Below, piece after piece: positions 38,485 through 48,095 of a stretch of DNA of 64,000 nucleotides. Source of the stretch: an uncultured Gammaproteobacteria bacterium (GTDB lineage Bacteria > Patescibacteriota > Microgenomatia > UBA8517); NCBI GenBank assembly GCA_965231135.1, contig OZ246419.1, forward strand, positions 81,028-145,027, written 5' to 3'. The notes below the pieces were generated by a model. It was not told the DNA's origin and searched no databases. It worked only from the letters and a program-made list of their open reading frames with translations. The number at the start of each line of letters is the position of its first letter. Position 1 is the first letter of the stretch. A program made the translations under genes and the position numbers.

Positions 38485-38772
38485 ATGAACCCACCAGAAC
38501 CTTTGACTGGACTACAAAATATCTTTAGCAATATTGTTTCAATTGCTATTGGGCTTGCTGGAATTGGTTTTTTTGTGATGTTTGTTGTAGGAGGATTTAA
38601 TTACTTAACAGCAGGCGGTGATGAGCGAAAAGTACAAGGAGCAAGACAAACGCTTACATATGCAATTGGTGGACTTGTTTTAATAGCACTTGCTTATTTA
38701 ATATTAAAACTTATTTCGGATTTCACTGGAATAACGGGAATATTAAATTTCCAAATCCAACAAAATCCATAA
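38485..38772 (+). CDS. T4SS pilin (TrbC/VirB2-like)
   Basis: GGFNYLTAGGDERKVQGARQTLTYAIGG. Confidence 0.8.
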   Translation: MNPPEPLTGLQNIFSNIVSIAIGLAGIGFFVMFVVGGFNYLTAGGDERKVQGARQTLTYAIGGLVLIALAYLILKLISDFTGITGILNFQIQQNP

Positions 38773-38815
38773 GAGAGACTCTTTTACTTCCCTATTGTAT
38801 AATTCAAGTATATTT

Positions 38816-41800
38816 ATGAAATTGAAGTTAGTTGTTTTGTTGTCTTTAATTTTAGGAAGTTTGTCACTTCTTTTTATTAATAAAAATGTTTTTGCCAGAG
38901 ACGGCGGACCTGCTGCGAGCGACCCTGATATAAACATAACCTTAAGAAATTGGAAACCTGCTAATTTTCCGAACCAATTAATAGACCATCCGCAAAATAC
39001 AGATTTAACCGGGGCGCCACAGCTCTTGTATACTTTTGGGTCTCCAAACTTTACAAATTTTTATCAAATTAATGCCGTCGGGAGCAATAGCCCGGACTCT
39101 TCAAATGTTAATTCACCTGGAGCTGCAACGATTTCGTTTCAATCAGGAGATGACATAAAAGCACCAGTAGTGGGGAGAAGCATTGGGAGCGGATTTAATT
39201 ACACAATTTTATATGCCACTTCAACTGATATTGTGATTCATAACGGACTGGAAGATAGTGTTGCTAGCGGCTACACAATTCATTTTTTAAATATTAATGT
39301 TAACCCCACTCTACTTCAGATGTATAACGATAATGAAGCAAAAGGGCGAACACAACTTGTTGCCATTCCCTGTGGCTACGTGATAGGAACTGCAAGCGGA
39401 GATCCGTTTGTATCTATTCGAGATACGGGAAGCTTTATGGACCCCAGATTTAAAGACTGGTGGAGTTCTGATTCACCTGGGGTTTGTAATGATGTGCCGC
39501 CTGGATATGTAACTGCTGGAAGCAGTACTCAACCGGCGACAAACACCGAGCCTTACGACCTGTCCACAAATGTACCATGCAATGAAACCAATTATGATAT
39601 TTATAAAAGTACGGGAGGAACCGGAGCAGCTACCGAATTTCATTCTCTCAGGCCATATCCTGCAAGCCCATGTTACAAACAAACTCCTCCAAGTGAAATG
39701 GCAGCTCTTTGTTCAAATGATTTGGTTGTCATTAAACAAACTTCACCTAACTCTGCGTATCAGACAGGTTGCACTACTCCTGCTGCCGATGGGTCATATT
39801 CATGTAACTACGCAAATGTTCCAGAAAGCGCACAAGTTTCAATTGATTTAACTGGAGCACAATTGCCAATTCTCGGGAACACGCAAGATGTGCCGAATGG
39901 GACTTGGACAAGCCCAAACACGAGCGCTAATAATTTAGATGCTGCTCAGCGGGTAAATAATTATGTGAGCTGGTATTTAAACGGAGTTGTTGATAAAGCG
40001 GAAAACGATTTTTCAAGCAGCGATCCAAACTATTTAGTTAATTACTCTGGGCCACTTAATAAATTATTGCCTTTTGTCGGGCAAATACTTTCAAGAGAAA
40101 ATATTATAACTAGAGCAGCTAATTCTGTAGCTGGACCTGCAACTTCTACTGATGAACAGGGGCTTCACAATAAAATAGTTGAATGCGATTTCCCTGAGCA
40201 AGCTGGAAGCATGCCATGTTATTTATATACAATAACCAGATTTATAAGTTTTCTTCAGGCAGTAAGCCCTAACAATACAATGACTCAAGGGCAAGGGGAT
40301 GCTATTGCTAATTTGTCTACTATAAGAAGAATTACTGATTGGGTAGGCCACACCCCTCCACTTGAACAAGATTTTTCAACTGTAAGCGGATGGCTGCAAG
40401 CTTATTCACAATGGCTTGGGAATATTTGTATAACACCAATTTTTGGCTGCCCAACAACTCCCTCAACATGGTGGGCAAAGTTTTTTGCCTTTGTTCCTTT
40501 TTCTACAAACGAAGACAGAGTCGGTACTATTGGAACCAACCAAATAGCAAACACAACGCCAGCAAATAATTCTTGTAGAACGACAGGGGCTCCTTGTTCA
40601 ACTACTTGCGCTAACGGGAAAACTTTTAGCGACAGCTGCCCTGGGAACGGATCGTTTGATTCATGCAGCCAGTGGGCGCAACAAGCGTGCGGTACGGTAA
40701 ACAGCACTCCTCTATCAAATAACGGAGATACTACAAGCTTTGGGCAAACTAATCCTGGAGATGTGACTTTTACACCAAGTAATGGGACAAATAATATACA
40801 TAATTTATATTTTGCTCATGCACAAGAAGATACAGAGCTTGCAACACAATTGCAAAACACTTTTAAGTCAATTGATGCAACAAGCAGCCATGATACCAAT
40901 ACTGCGCCTCAAATCGGGCCTGGATGTACGATTTTAAACACTAGAACAAATCCTGGAGATAATTTATATGGAGATATCGATAGAACAAAAGCACAAGGAT
41001 ATGCGCAAGACGATCAAAAAATATCGGGAACAGTAAATTTTACCGGAAGCTATACTTGTACTTTTAAACCAATTGTTAGTGTCTCAGGCAGCACGTTTGA
41101 AAACGGAGGAGGAATTAGCGGAAACTTAACATATACATGTACATCAGCGACTGCAAATCTTTCAATTTATACGCAGAGCCCGGAAGTCGGAAACATCTGG
41201 GATCAGCTTGTCGGCGGATCACAATCAATTTTTAAAAGATTTTTCCCACAAACCGGAGCCAACTCTCCAGTTACTCAAATCACAGAAACACCAGCACAAA
41301 CGAATATTACTTATCAAGCTGGAGGAGATGATGAAGTAACTGCCGGAAATAGCGGCGGGGGCGGAGCGACAGCAACTGCAAATTTATATATTCCATATGT
41401 GGGCGGGATAAAAGATTATTTTTTAGATGCAATACAAACAGCTCTTAGGCCTCAGGGAATGGGAACATCCCCTGCATTAACAGCCTCCTCTAATTCGTCG
41501 AGTTCCAGTTCCGGGCCAATTTCCTGTACACCTGATGATTTTGCAGCAGCTTTTGGAGACCAAGCTAAAAATGCATCATGCATTGCCAATGCAGAAAGCA
41601 GATGTATACCTGATAACCATAATTTATCCTGTTTAAAAATTGGCGGTACACAGGATTATAGTTATGGACTTTTTGGAATAAATTTACTTGCTCATCCTGC
41701 TATTCAAGCTTTGACTCCTCCTGATCTTAAACAGCAATTTGATTCAATTGCACAGAGTGAAGGAAAACCTGCTGGATATTATTGGACCTGCAAACAAGGA

Positions 41801-41989
41801 TTTACAACAATTGGAATAGCTGATGCTAGCGGACACATGATTAGCCCTTGTGTTATTGGAGATCAGGCGATTGTTGATAAATGTGTGCAATATTATTCTA
41901 ATGCACAAAATAATATGAATTATGCAGCTGCGTTTGAACAAAGATTTGGTTGGAAATATTGGGGTACTGCTCCTCAATGTGGGCTTTAA
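38816..41989 (+). CDS. Large secreted Cys-rich protein with a C-terminal lysozyme/lytic-transglycosylase-like domain
   Basis: Signal peptide ending VFA; C-terminal IANAES..YSYGLFGIN..N...A....GWKYW. Confidence 0.65.
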   Translation: MKLKLVVLLSLILGSLSLLFINKNVFARDGGPAASDPDINITLRNWKPANFPNQLIDHPQNTDLTGAPQLLYTFGSPNFTNFYQINAVGSNSPDSSNVNSPGAATISFQSGDDIKAPVVGRSIGSGFNYTILYATSTDIVIHNGLEDSVASGYTIHFLNINVNPTLLQMYNDNEAKGRTQLVAIPCGYVIGTASGDPFVSIRDTGSFMDPRFKDWWSSDSPGVCNDVPPGYVTAGSSTQPATNTEPYDLSTNVPCNETNYDIYKSTGGTGAATEFHSLRPYPASPCYKQTPPSEMAALCSNDLVVIKQTSPNSAYQTGCTTPAADGSYSCNYANVPESAQVSIDLTGAQLPILGNTQDVPNGTWTSPNTSANNLDAAQRVNNYVSWYLNGVVDKAENDFSSSDPNYLVNYSGPLNKLLPFVGQILSRENIITRAANSVAGPATSTDEQGLHNKIVECDFPEQAGSMPCYLYTITRFISFLQAVSPNNTMTQGQGDAIANLSTIRRITDWVGHTPPLEQDFSTVSGWLQAYSQWLGNICITPIFGCPTTPSTWWAKFFAFVPFSTNEDRVGTIGTNQIANTTPANNSCRTTGAPCSTTCANGKTFSDSCPGNGSFDSCSQWAQQACGTVNSTPLSNNGDTTSFGQTNPGDVTFTPSNGTNNIHNLYFAHAQEDTELATQLQNTFKSIDATSSHDTNTAPQIGPGCTILNTRTNPGDNLYGDIDRTKAQGYAQDDQKISGTVNFTGSYTCTFKPIVSVSGSTFENGGGISGNLTYTCTSATANLSIYTQSPEVGNIWDQLVGGSQSIFKRFFPQTGANSPVTQITETPAQTNITYQAGGDDEVTAGNSGGGGATATANLYIPYVGGIKDYFLDAIQTALRPQGMGTSPALTASSNSSSSSSGPISCTPDDFAAAFGDQAKNASCIANAESRCIPDNHNLSCLKIGGTQDYSYGLFGINLLAHPAIQALTPPDLKQQFDSIAQSEGKPAGYYWTCKQGFTTIGIADASGHMISPCVIGDQAIVDKCVQYYSNAQNNMNYAAAFEQRFGWKYWGTAPQCGL

Positions 41990-42003
41990 GATATAATTTA
42001 TTT

Positions 42004-42459
42004 ATGAAGGAATTTATATTTAAATATAGAAAAATTTTAATTTTAATATTGGGGATTTTTATTGTAATTATTTTTGTTTTTATTTATTTAAATTCACGAG
42101 GACAAAATGTTTCGACAGATCAAAATAATTTTAAAGCCCCAACAGGTGTAAAAGTTAATGTTAACAACCAGACAGTAAATAATTTTTACAAAAGCGATAC
42201 TTTTACCTATCCTACTGGAAATGCTGTGATTGACGAAAACCCTTATTACCAAATTGCATATACTTCAAATAATCAAGAATTTTTAATAACAATTTTATCT
42301 TCAGACCCTAATTCACAAAACCTGGCAGAGCAAGATTTTGTGAGTAAGCTTTCGATATCGCAAAGTACTGCATGTAAATTAAATGTGGAAGTAAGAAGTT
42401 ATTCAAATCTAAACATTACAAGCAGTCCAAATCTTTCTAAGCTTAGTTTCTGTAAGTAA
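42004..42459 (+). CDS. Membrane-anchored T4SS-locus protein
   Basis: N-terminal TM; Y.I.Y....F.I.I and AEQ.F...L.I.....C.L pattern. Confidence 0.55.
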   Translation: MKEFIFKYRKILILILGIFIVIIFVFIYLNSRGQNVSTDQNNFKAPTGVKVNVNNQTVNNFYKSDTFTYPTGNAVIDENPYYQIAYTSNNQEFLITILSSDPNSQNLAEQDFVSKLSISQSTACKLNVEVRSYSNLNITSSPNLSKLSFCK

Positions 42460-42494
42460 TTTTTTATTGTATAATTGTTGTGAACCTTTAATAA

Positions 42495-44156
42495 ATGACT
42501 AAATTAATTTCAAAATTTTTAATTTCTATAATTACAAGTTTGGTTTTGGTTTTCAGCATTGTTCCTGCTGCAATGGCACAAACACCAAATCCAGCACAGG
42601 TGGGAACACAAGGAGTAGGACAAGCACTGCAAGGAGCAGCACCAGAATCTTCTACCAATACTACGTCTGCAACTCCAGGGCCATGGTATAACCAGAACTT
42701 TGGACAGTGGTCTGCAAAAGTTTTTGACTCTTCTAACCCAAATGAGATATTTGGAGAAAGATACACATACGCACAGGTTAACTGGATTATTAATTCATTA
42801 ATTGCGGTGATTATTGGATCTGATATTAGTAGCTGCATTTCTTCTGGCTCAAACGGAAACGTCTCGTCGATAGGTACTTGTGCAGCAAAATTATTACCAA
42901 GCAACCAAACAAGTAATAATACTGGAATGAAAGGTGGAACTTTTACCGCTTTATCTTATTTAGGTGGAACATTAATGAATTTTAAACCTGCATCTGGAGT
43001 AAATTATACCAAGCAAATCGCTTCTAATTTACATGTAATATCTCCAGCTTATGCTCAAAGCACAAGCGCTGGTTTTGCAACGCTTTCTCCTGTTCAATCT
43101 TTGTGGCAAGTAGTGAGGGATATTTCTTATTCTTTAATGGTTGTAATAATAATTATTGCTGCCTTTGCAATAATGTTTAGATTAAAATTGTCTCCTCAGC
43201 TTACAGCTTCTATTCAATCAATATTACCACGTATTGCCGTTGCATTAATTTTAATCACTTTTTCTTATGCAATCGCTGGTTTTTTGATTGATTTAATGTA
43301 TGTAGTTATTGGAGCGTTTGCTGTTATGGTAAAAATAGGAGGTTCTACCTTAAGTACAGGTTCGGTTCTATATCTTTTTGGTCAGCTTAATTCTATTAAC
43401 GGACTAACAAGCCTTTTTATCGGGATGTTAATTTTTATCGTGCTATTAGTAGGCGGCGGAGCTTTATTAACGTTAGGAGCAATAAGTGCTGGTGTGATTT
43501 CTGGTGGTATAAGTGTATTAGGTATACCAGTTGGTATTATTATTGTATTGGTTGGAGTTATTTTTGTAGGGTGGATTATTTTGCGTTTAATTTGGCTTTT
43601 GGTTAAAACCTCTGTTATTACTGTTCTTTTAATTATTGCTTCTCCGTTTATGATTTTAGGTGACACTTTAGATATTGGTGGTGGATTTATAAGTTGGTTT
43701 AGAACACTTGCTGCTAATTTAGCCGTTTATCCAACTGTAACAATCATGATTTTTTTGGCTCACTATTTCTTTTGGGGATGGGCAGCTGGTGCACTTACAC
43801 AGATTTTTCCTACCAATAATCCTTTTAATACTTATGCCATTTCTGCTCTTAATATAAATGGGACGTCTGGTGTGATTAATTTACCTGGCATGCCTATTGG
43901 TACATCTATAATTGGTTTTTTTGCAGCTTTTATAATTGTATTTTTAATTCCAAAAGCTGCAGATGTAGTTGAAGGAATAATTAAAGGTAAAGGTGTGGAT
44001 GTTGGAGGTGCTGTTAAAGAATCTCACGGTCCAGTTCGAGCTCTACTCGCATCTCGTGCTGCAAGTTATGAAACTTATAAGAGATCGTTGCCAGGAGGCG
44101 ATCCAAAATATGTTGATCCAGTCGCACAATTCCTTCGATCAACTGGCATTATGTAA
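42495..44156 (+). CDS. VirB6/TrbL-like polytopic T4SS membrane protein
   Basis: W...RDI.Y, LPR...ALIL.TFSY.I.G..ID and I.SP...W motifs; many TMs; gene context. Confidence 0.7.
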   Translation: MTKLISKFLISIITSLVLVFSIVPAAMAQTPNPAQVGTQGVGQALQGAAPESSTNTTSATPGPWYNQNFGQWSAKVFDSSNPNEIFGERYTYAQVNWIINSLIAVIIGSDISSCISSGSNGNVSSIGTCAAKLLPSNQTSNNTGMKGGTFTALSYLGGTLMNFKPASGVNYTKQIASNLHVISPAYAQSTSAGFATLSPVQSLWQVVRDISYSLMVVIIIIAAFAIMFRLKLSPQLTASIQSILPRIAVALILITFSYAIAGFLIDLMYVVIGAFAVMVKIGGSTLSTGSVLYLFGQLNSINGLTSLFIGMLIFIVLLVGGGALLTLGAISAGVISGGISVLGIPVGIIIVLVGVIFVGWIILRLIWLLVKTSVITVLLIIASPFMILGDTLDIGGGFISWFRTLAANLAVYPTVTIMIFLAHYFFWGWAAGALTQIFPTNNPFNTYAISALNINGTSGVINLPGMPIGTSIIGFFAAFIIVFLIPKAADVVEGIIKGKGVDVGGAVKESHGPVRALLASRAASYETYKRSLPGGDPKYVDPVAQFLRSTGIM

Positions 44157-44164
44157 AAGATTGA

Positions 44165-46171
44165 TTATTTAAAATAATCGCGGTGTTGAGATGTAAAGGC
44201 AGATTTAGCTTGCATCCAGTTAAGCCCAAATGCGTCGTTTTGAATGAAGTTAAAACCTTTTGATTTGTTTTTAATTCCAAACCACAGCTTAAGGATATTT
44301 TCTCTAATAGAGTTATCTAATTTTAGTTTTTTGACAACGTTGCTTAACTCTTGTCCGTTTATCCCTGATCCTTGTCCTTTCATAATAACGTCGTATAATT
44401 TTTTTGCGGAGCCAAGATCTTCTAAATAATATCCTGAAAACGGAGTATTCCCAACTTCTTTCCAAGGAATATTGTTTGCTGAGACCGAAGCTGAGCCATT
44501 ACTCCAAATTTCTCTTCCTACATGTTGTAGAACTTCAAACAGATTTACTTTTCCGTCTTTGTCTTTAGTTATTCCATATGCATCAATTTCAGAAGTTGGT
44601 TTGAATGTTATAGCTTTTAAAGCGTTTCCAATAGTTTTTCGAGGGAGAACTACAGGAAATTTATCGATATTTTTAACATTTTTATATTGTAATGACCATT
44701 CACCTGCTTGCCCCATAGCTTCAGGGGTACCACCAGTCGCTTTGGCAAAAAGCCTTTCTTGTGGATGCATAACCATCCACATTGCTGGACTTTTAAAATG
44801 ACTTGGTGCTGCATTTGGAATTGGTTTATTTCGATCATTTCTTTTTACAACGTGGCCTTCATTATCGTAGTTATATACACTATCATATTCTTCAAGAACA
44901 CTTGTAGCATATATAAGGTTCCAAGCGACAGCTTCTGCTTTTTTAGCATCTTCTTCGTTCACTCCTGTTTTATCCATTAGGAATTGCCACATACCCTTTC
45001 TAAAAGAGTCAAACTGTTCGTTTGTTTTAATATCAAAAACACTCCTTATTTCGCCAGGGTTATTCATGTCATTATTTGGAATATGTATAAATCTGATACT
45101 CTTATCATCTGAGATGACTGTGGAGTATAGTGCCGCTGCGTTAAATACTCCATTTATTTTCATTCCATTTTCTAATGTCGAATTCTCTAGCTGATATCCT
45201 AGTTGGTTGTCTGTTAGTTTATCGTATGAAACTGCTGCTCTTTTATAAGCTGCAAAAGACCATATAGAGGCACGAGCTTTCCATTCTTTAGTTATTATTT
45301 CTCTTTCTTTCGGATTATTATGTCCAATAAGTAAAAATGCTGGAACTTTTAATGTCATATCTACTGGGGCATATGCACCTCTTTCTACTGTTTCATATAT
45401 TTCAAGTTGTTGTTCCGGCGAACCTTCTCCAGAGGCCATGGCAAAGCCACGAGCAATATCTTCGGCTGTAAGCCCTGTCGCTCCACCTTGCTGCAACATT
45501 TGTATATAAGCAATCATTTGTTGCATTAATTGTTCTTGAGTATCTGGTTTCGGAGGTTGTTGTTTTTTAAGTTCTTCATTAAGATATGATTTTGCCTGAC
45601 TTTCTAATGCTTGTGGTGGCAAACCCCAACCTCTAACGCCGATTTCTCTTTTTAAAGGTGCTATTTTGGGGCTGTTTTCTGGTGCTCCTCCTGCTCTTCC
45701 AAGAGCTAATGCCATATTTAAAACAGCAACATCTCTATATTCACTTAGAATCCCATCATAAGCGTCATTCCAGCCTTCTACTCCTTTTTCAAAGTCTTCT
45801 AATTCTTCAACATTGAGTGCGTTTATTTTCCCGTATGCAGTTTTATAGTCATTATTCAGTTGGATATCTATTAATGCGTTTTTAAGTTGTTTAAAGACGC
45901 CTTGTTCTTGTGCAGAACGAATAATACGAGCTCTTTCTGTTTTTAATGTTTTTTCTTTTTGTGGATCAGGATTGTTAATTAAAGTTTTTAATTCATTTTG
46001 GACTTCGCTAAAAGGGCGAGGAAATTCTTGTTTAGATTCTGCTCCACTTCCGCCTCTTTCAAAAACATGATGACCACTGGGCCTTGGCATTTCAGGCCTT
46101 TTTCCAAAATCAGGATTGAAACCCATATTTTCTGGTGTCATGTTTGTATCTGGAGAAACTCCATCGGGCAT
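44165..46171 (-). CDS. Large hypothetical protein, antisense within the T4SS locus
   Basis: 668-aa ORF; no motif recognised. Confidence 0.6.
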   Translation of the reverse strand: MPDGVSPDTNMTPENMGFNPDFGKRPEMPRPSGHHVFERGGSGAESKQEFPRPFSEVQNELKTLINNPDPQKEKTLKTERARIIRSAQEQGVFKQLKNALIDIQLNNDYKTAYGKINALNVEELEDFEKGVEGWNDAYDGILSEYRDVAVLNMALALGRAGGAPENSPKIAPLKREIGVRGWGLPPQALESQAKSYLNEELKKQQPPKPDTQEQLMQQMIAYIQMLQQGGATGLTAEDIARGFAMASGEGSPEQQLEIYETVERGAYAPVDMTLKVPAFLLIGHNNPKEREIITKEWKARASIWSFAAYKRAAVSYDKLTDNQLGYQLENSTLENGMKINGVFNAAALYSTVISDDKSIRFIHIPNNDMNNPGEIRSVFDIKTNEQFDSFRKGMWQFLMDKTGVNEEDAKKAEAVAWNLIYATSVLEEYDSVYNYDNEGHVVKRNDRNKPIPNAAPSHFKSPAMWMVMHPQERLFAKATGGTPEAMGQAGEWSLQYKNVKNIDKFPVVLPRKTIGNALKAITFKPTSEIDAYGITKDKDGKVNLFEVLQHVGREIWSNGSASVSANNIPWKEVGNTPFSGYYLEDLGSAKKLYDVIMKGQGSGINGQELSNVVKKLKLDNSIRENILKLWFGIKNKSKGFNFIQNDAFGLNWMQAKSAFTSQHRDYFK

Positions 46172-46235
46172 AAGTGTATTTTACCATTTTTGGCAAAAAT
46201 TGACTAGTTTTTATTATGGGATTATAATTCTGATC

Positions 46236-46889
46236 ATGAGATTTATAGAAAGACTTTTTGGAAAGAAACCAAAAGATAATATCAAACAAAAAAGTAATAT
46301 AGATACACCAGACTGGTTACAACAAGTTGCTGAACTAAAGACTTTAAACAAAACTTCTTCAGAAAATGCTAAATCGAAAGAAAAGGATATGTTTAGAGGA
46401 GAAATTGAAGCAAAATACTCTTTAACTAAAAGACTAAATATATTAAGAGAGCGATGCCAAATTCTTGGTGTAAATAATTTATTACACGAACTGAAAGATG
46501 TTTTTCCGGACGCTGACAGTGTTTCTGATGTTGAATTCGGGATTGCTTTTAATAGAGACTATATAATTACAAGCGCAGGGTATAAATTGTTTAGTCCACA
46601 CAGAGACTATATTAAAATTAAGGAGTTTTTGGAAAATTATACACTTGATTCGTTAAGAAAGACGACATATTTGGAAGTTTTTGCAATGCAAAAACTTACT
46701 AAGCGCATAACAACTACAACAGGAACAGGTATTAATGACAGTTGGGATGAAAATATAGATGTCGACGTGTTTAATCTAAGGTTGTTTGAAAACAAAATTG
46801 AATTTAACGGAACAACTGTAAGTTTTCCGGAGAGTGGTACAAAGCAGAATCTTCAGCAAAGTTTAGTTAATTTTCTATCTTACCGTTAA
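46236..46889 (+). CDS. Hypothetical protein
   Basis: ATG shortly after TATAAT; begins MRFIERLFG. Confidence 0.55.
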   Translation: MRFIERLFGKKPKDNIKQKSNIDTPDWLQQVAELKTLNKTSSENAKSKEKDMFRGEIEAKYSLTKRLNILRERCQILGVNNLLHELKDVFPDADSVSDVEFGIAFNRDYIITSAGYKLFSPHRDYIKIKEFLENYTLDSLRKTTYLEVFAMQKLTKRITTTTGTGINDSWDENIDVDVFNLRLFENKIEFNGTTVSFPESGTKQNLQQSLVNFLSYR

Positions 46890-46892
46890 AAT

Positions 46893-47885
46893 TTAACATA
46901 CACCTTCAAAGACCTGGCCACAGGAACATTGATACCCTGGCTCAATCTTTTTTTCAATAACTTTGTGACAATATGGGCATTCTTTGACGTATTTGGCTTT
47001 TTTCTCGCCTAAATTTGCTTGTCTAAAATTGCCCATGCCGTCCATGACATAATTTCCAAAGCGAAACTCAAGCTCCTGATTTAGCGAACCTGGGCAAGCA
47101 TAAGTGTTTATTTTCCAGCCTTTTTCCTGCATTAACCTTTCTGCTGCCGCCCCGGAGCGGATATAATCTCTTTCGTGAACTGCAAATTCCAATTCAATAC
47201 TCATTTGCTTTGCAATTGGCAAGGCATCCCATACTGCCCTACTTTTAATTTTTCTTGGGGCGCCTTTTTTTATTTCTTCTAACGCTTTCGAATCAAGATC
47301 TAAAAAATCTAAATTGGAGGTTAAAAAGGCAGCTTGGCGCAAATCATCCGGATTAAAAATCAAATCTTTACCTTCTTTAATTAATAATTTATCAGCAAGT
47401 AATAATAAATCCTGGGGAGACAATTTCGAAGGGATTCCGTAACACTCCAGCACTTTCATACCCAAAAGATGTCTTACTTTAGCAATATTAATTCTTGATT
47501 CTTTATAGGGAGAATTACCTCCTGAAGGACTAAAAGAAATAATAAATTCATTTTCTTTTGCTTGCTTAGCTTTTTGATAATAAAAATCTATTGCGCCTGC
47601 AGTCTCGGCAGATGATAATTCATTGTTGTTACCAAAATTGACAGCTACTTCTTCGCGAGAGGTTAGATTAATAATTTTACCTTCTTGAGTGATAGCAATA
47701 TACCAAGGATTAATTCTTTCTTCTAAGTTTCTGTCTCCTGCTTCAATGACAAGGCCGGCAAGATCGTGGGCAATAACCCAGCTGCGTTTTTTTAAAGAAT
47801 ATTTTTTATAGATTGCAGTATCAAATACTTTTTTTGTTTCTGTGAAGTCAAATTGAGAATTTATTTTTTCTTGACGATCTACCAT
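46893..47885 (-). CDS. Hypothetical protein with a C-terminal Zn-ribbon
   Basis: CPYC...CSC motif at the C-terminus. Confidence 0.6.
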   Translation of the reverse strand: MVDRQEKINSQFDFTETKKVFDTAIYKKYSLKKRSWVIAHDLAGLVIEAGDRNLEERINPWYIAITQEGKIINLTSREEVAVNFGNNNELSSAETAGAIDFYYQKAKQAKENEFIISFSPSGGNSPYKESRINIAKVRHLLGMKVLECYGIPSKLSPQDLLLLADKLLIKEGKDLIFNPDDLRQAAFLTSNLDFLDLDSKALEEIKKGAPRKIKSRAVWDALPIAKQMSIELEFAVHERDYIRSGAAAERLMQEKGWKINTYACPGSLNQELEFRFGNYVMDGMGNFRQANLGEKKAKYVKECPYCHKVIEKKIEPGYQCSCGQVFEGVC

Positions 47886-47887
47886 AT

Positions 47888-47975
47888 CTGCTCGGAATTA
47901 AACCCTTGTTAGTTTTCCGACTATACGGTAGCGGCACTGCGAGGGAATTACACCCTACTTCCTTAAACACAAAGA
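47888..47975 (-). promoter_or_regulatory. Cobalamin-riboswitch-like RNA (minimal, class-II-like)
   Basis: GGAAGT-AGGG-TGTAATT-CCCT-CGCAGTGCCGCTACCG-TATAGT-CGG-AAAAC matches the B12-element core with compensatory changes; putative kissing partner CGAGCA just before the ATG. Confidence 0.65.
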
Positions 47976-48095
47976 TAATTTTCATATTAAACTTTCATTC
48001 TTTAAAAACAAGGAGTGTTTTGTGCGTGAAAATGCTATAATGGTTGCTTAAACTGCTTCACAGAGTAAAGTTAAAGTAAGGCATAGTTTTTTAAA

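Noticed and set aside
36286-38772. Repeated GGCGGAGATAA-like segments as a possible CRISPR or DGR array
   Set aside because: They are paralogous pilin coding motifs (GGDK); no constant repeat-spacer period and no cas or RT gene
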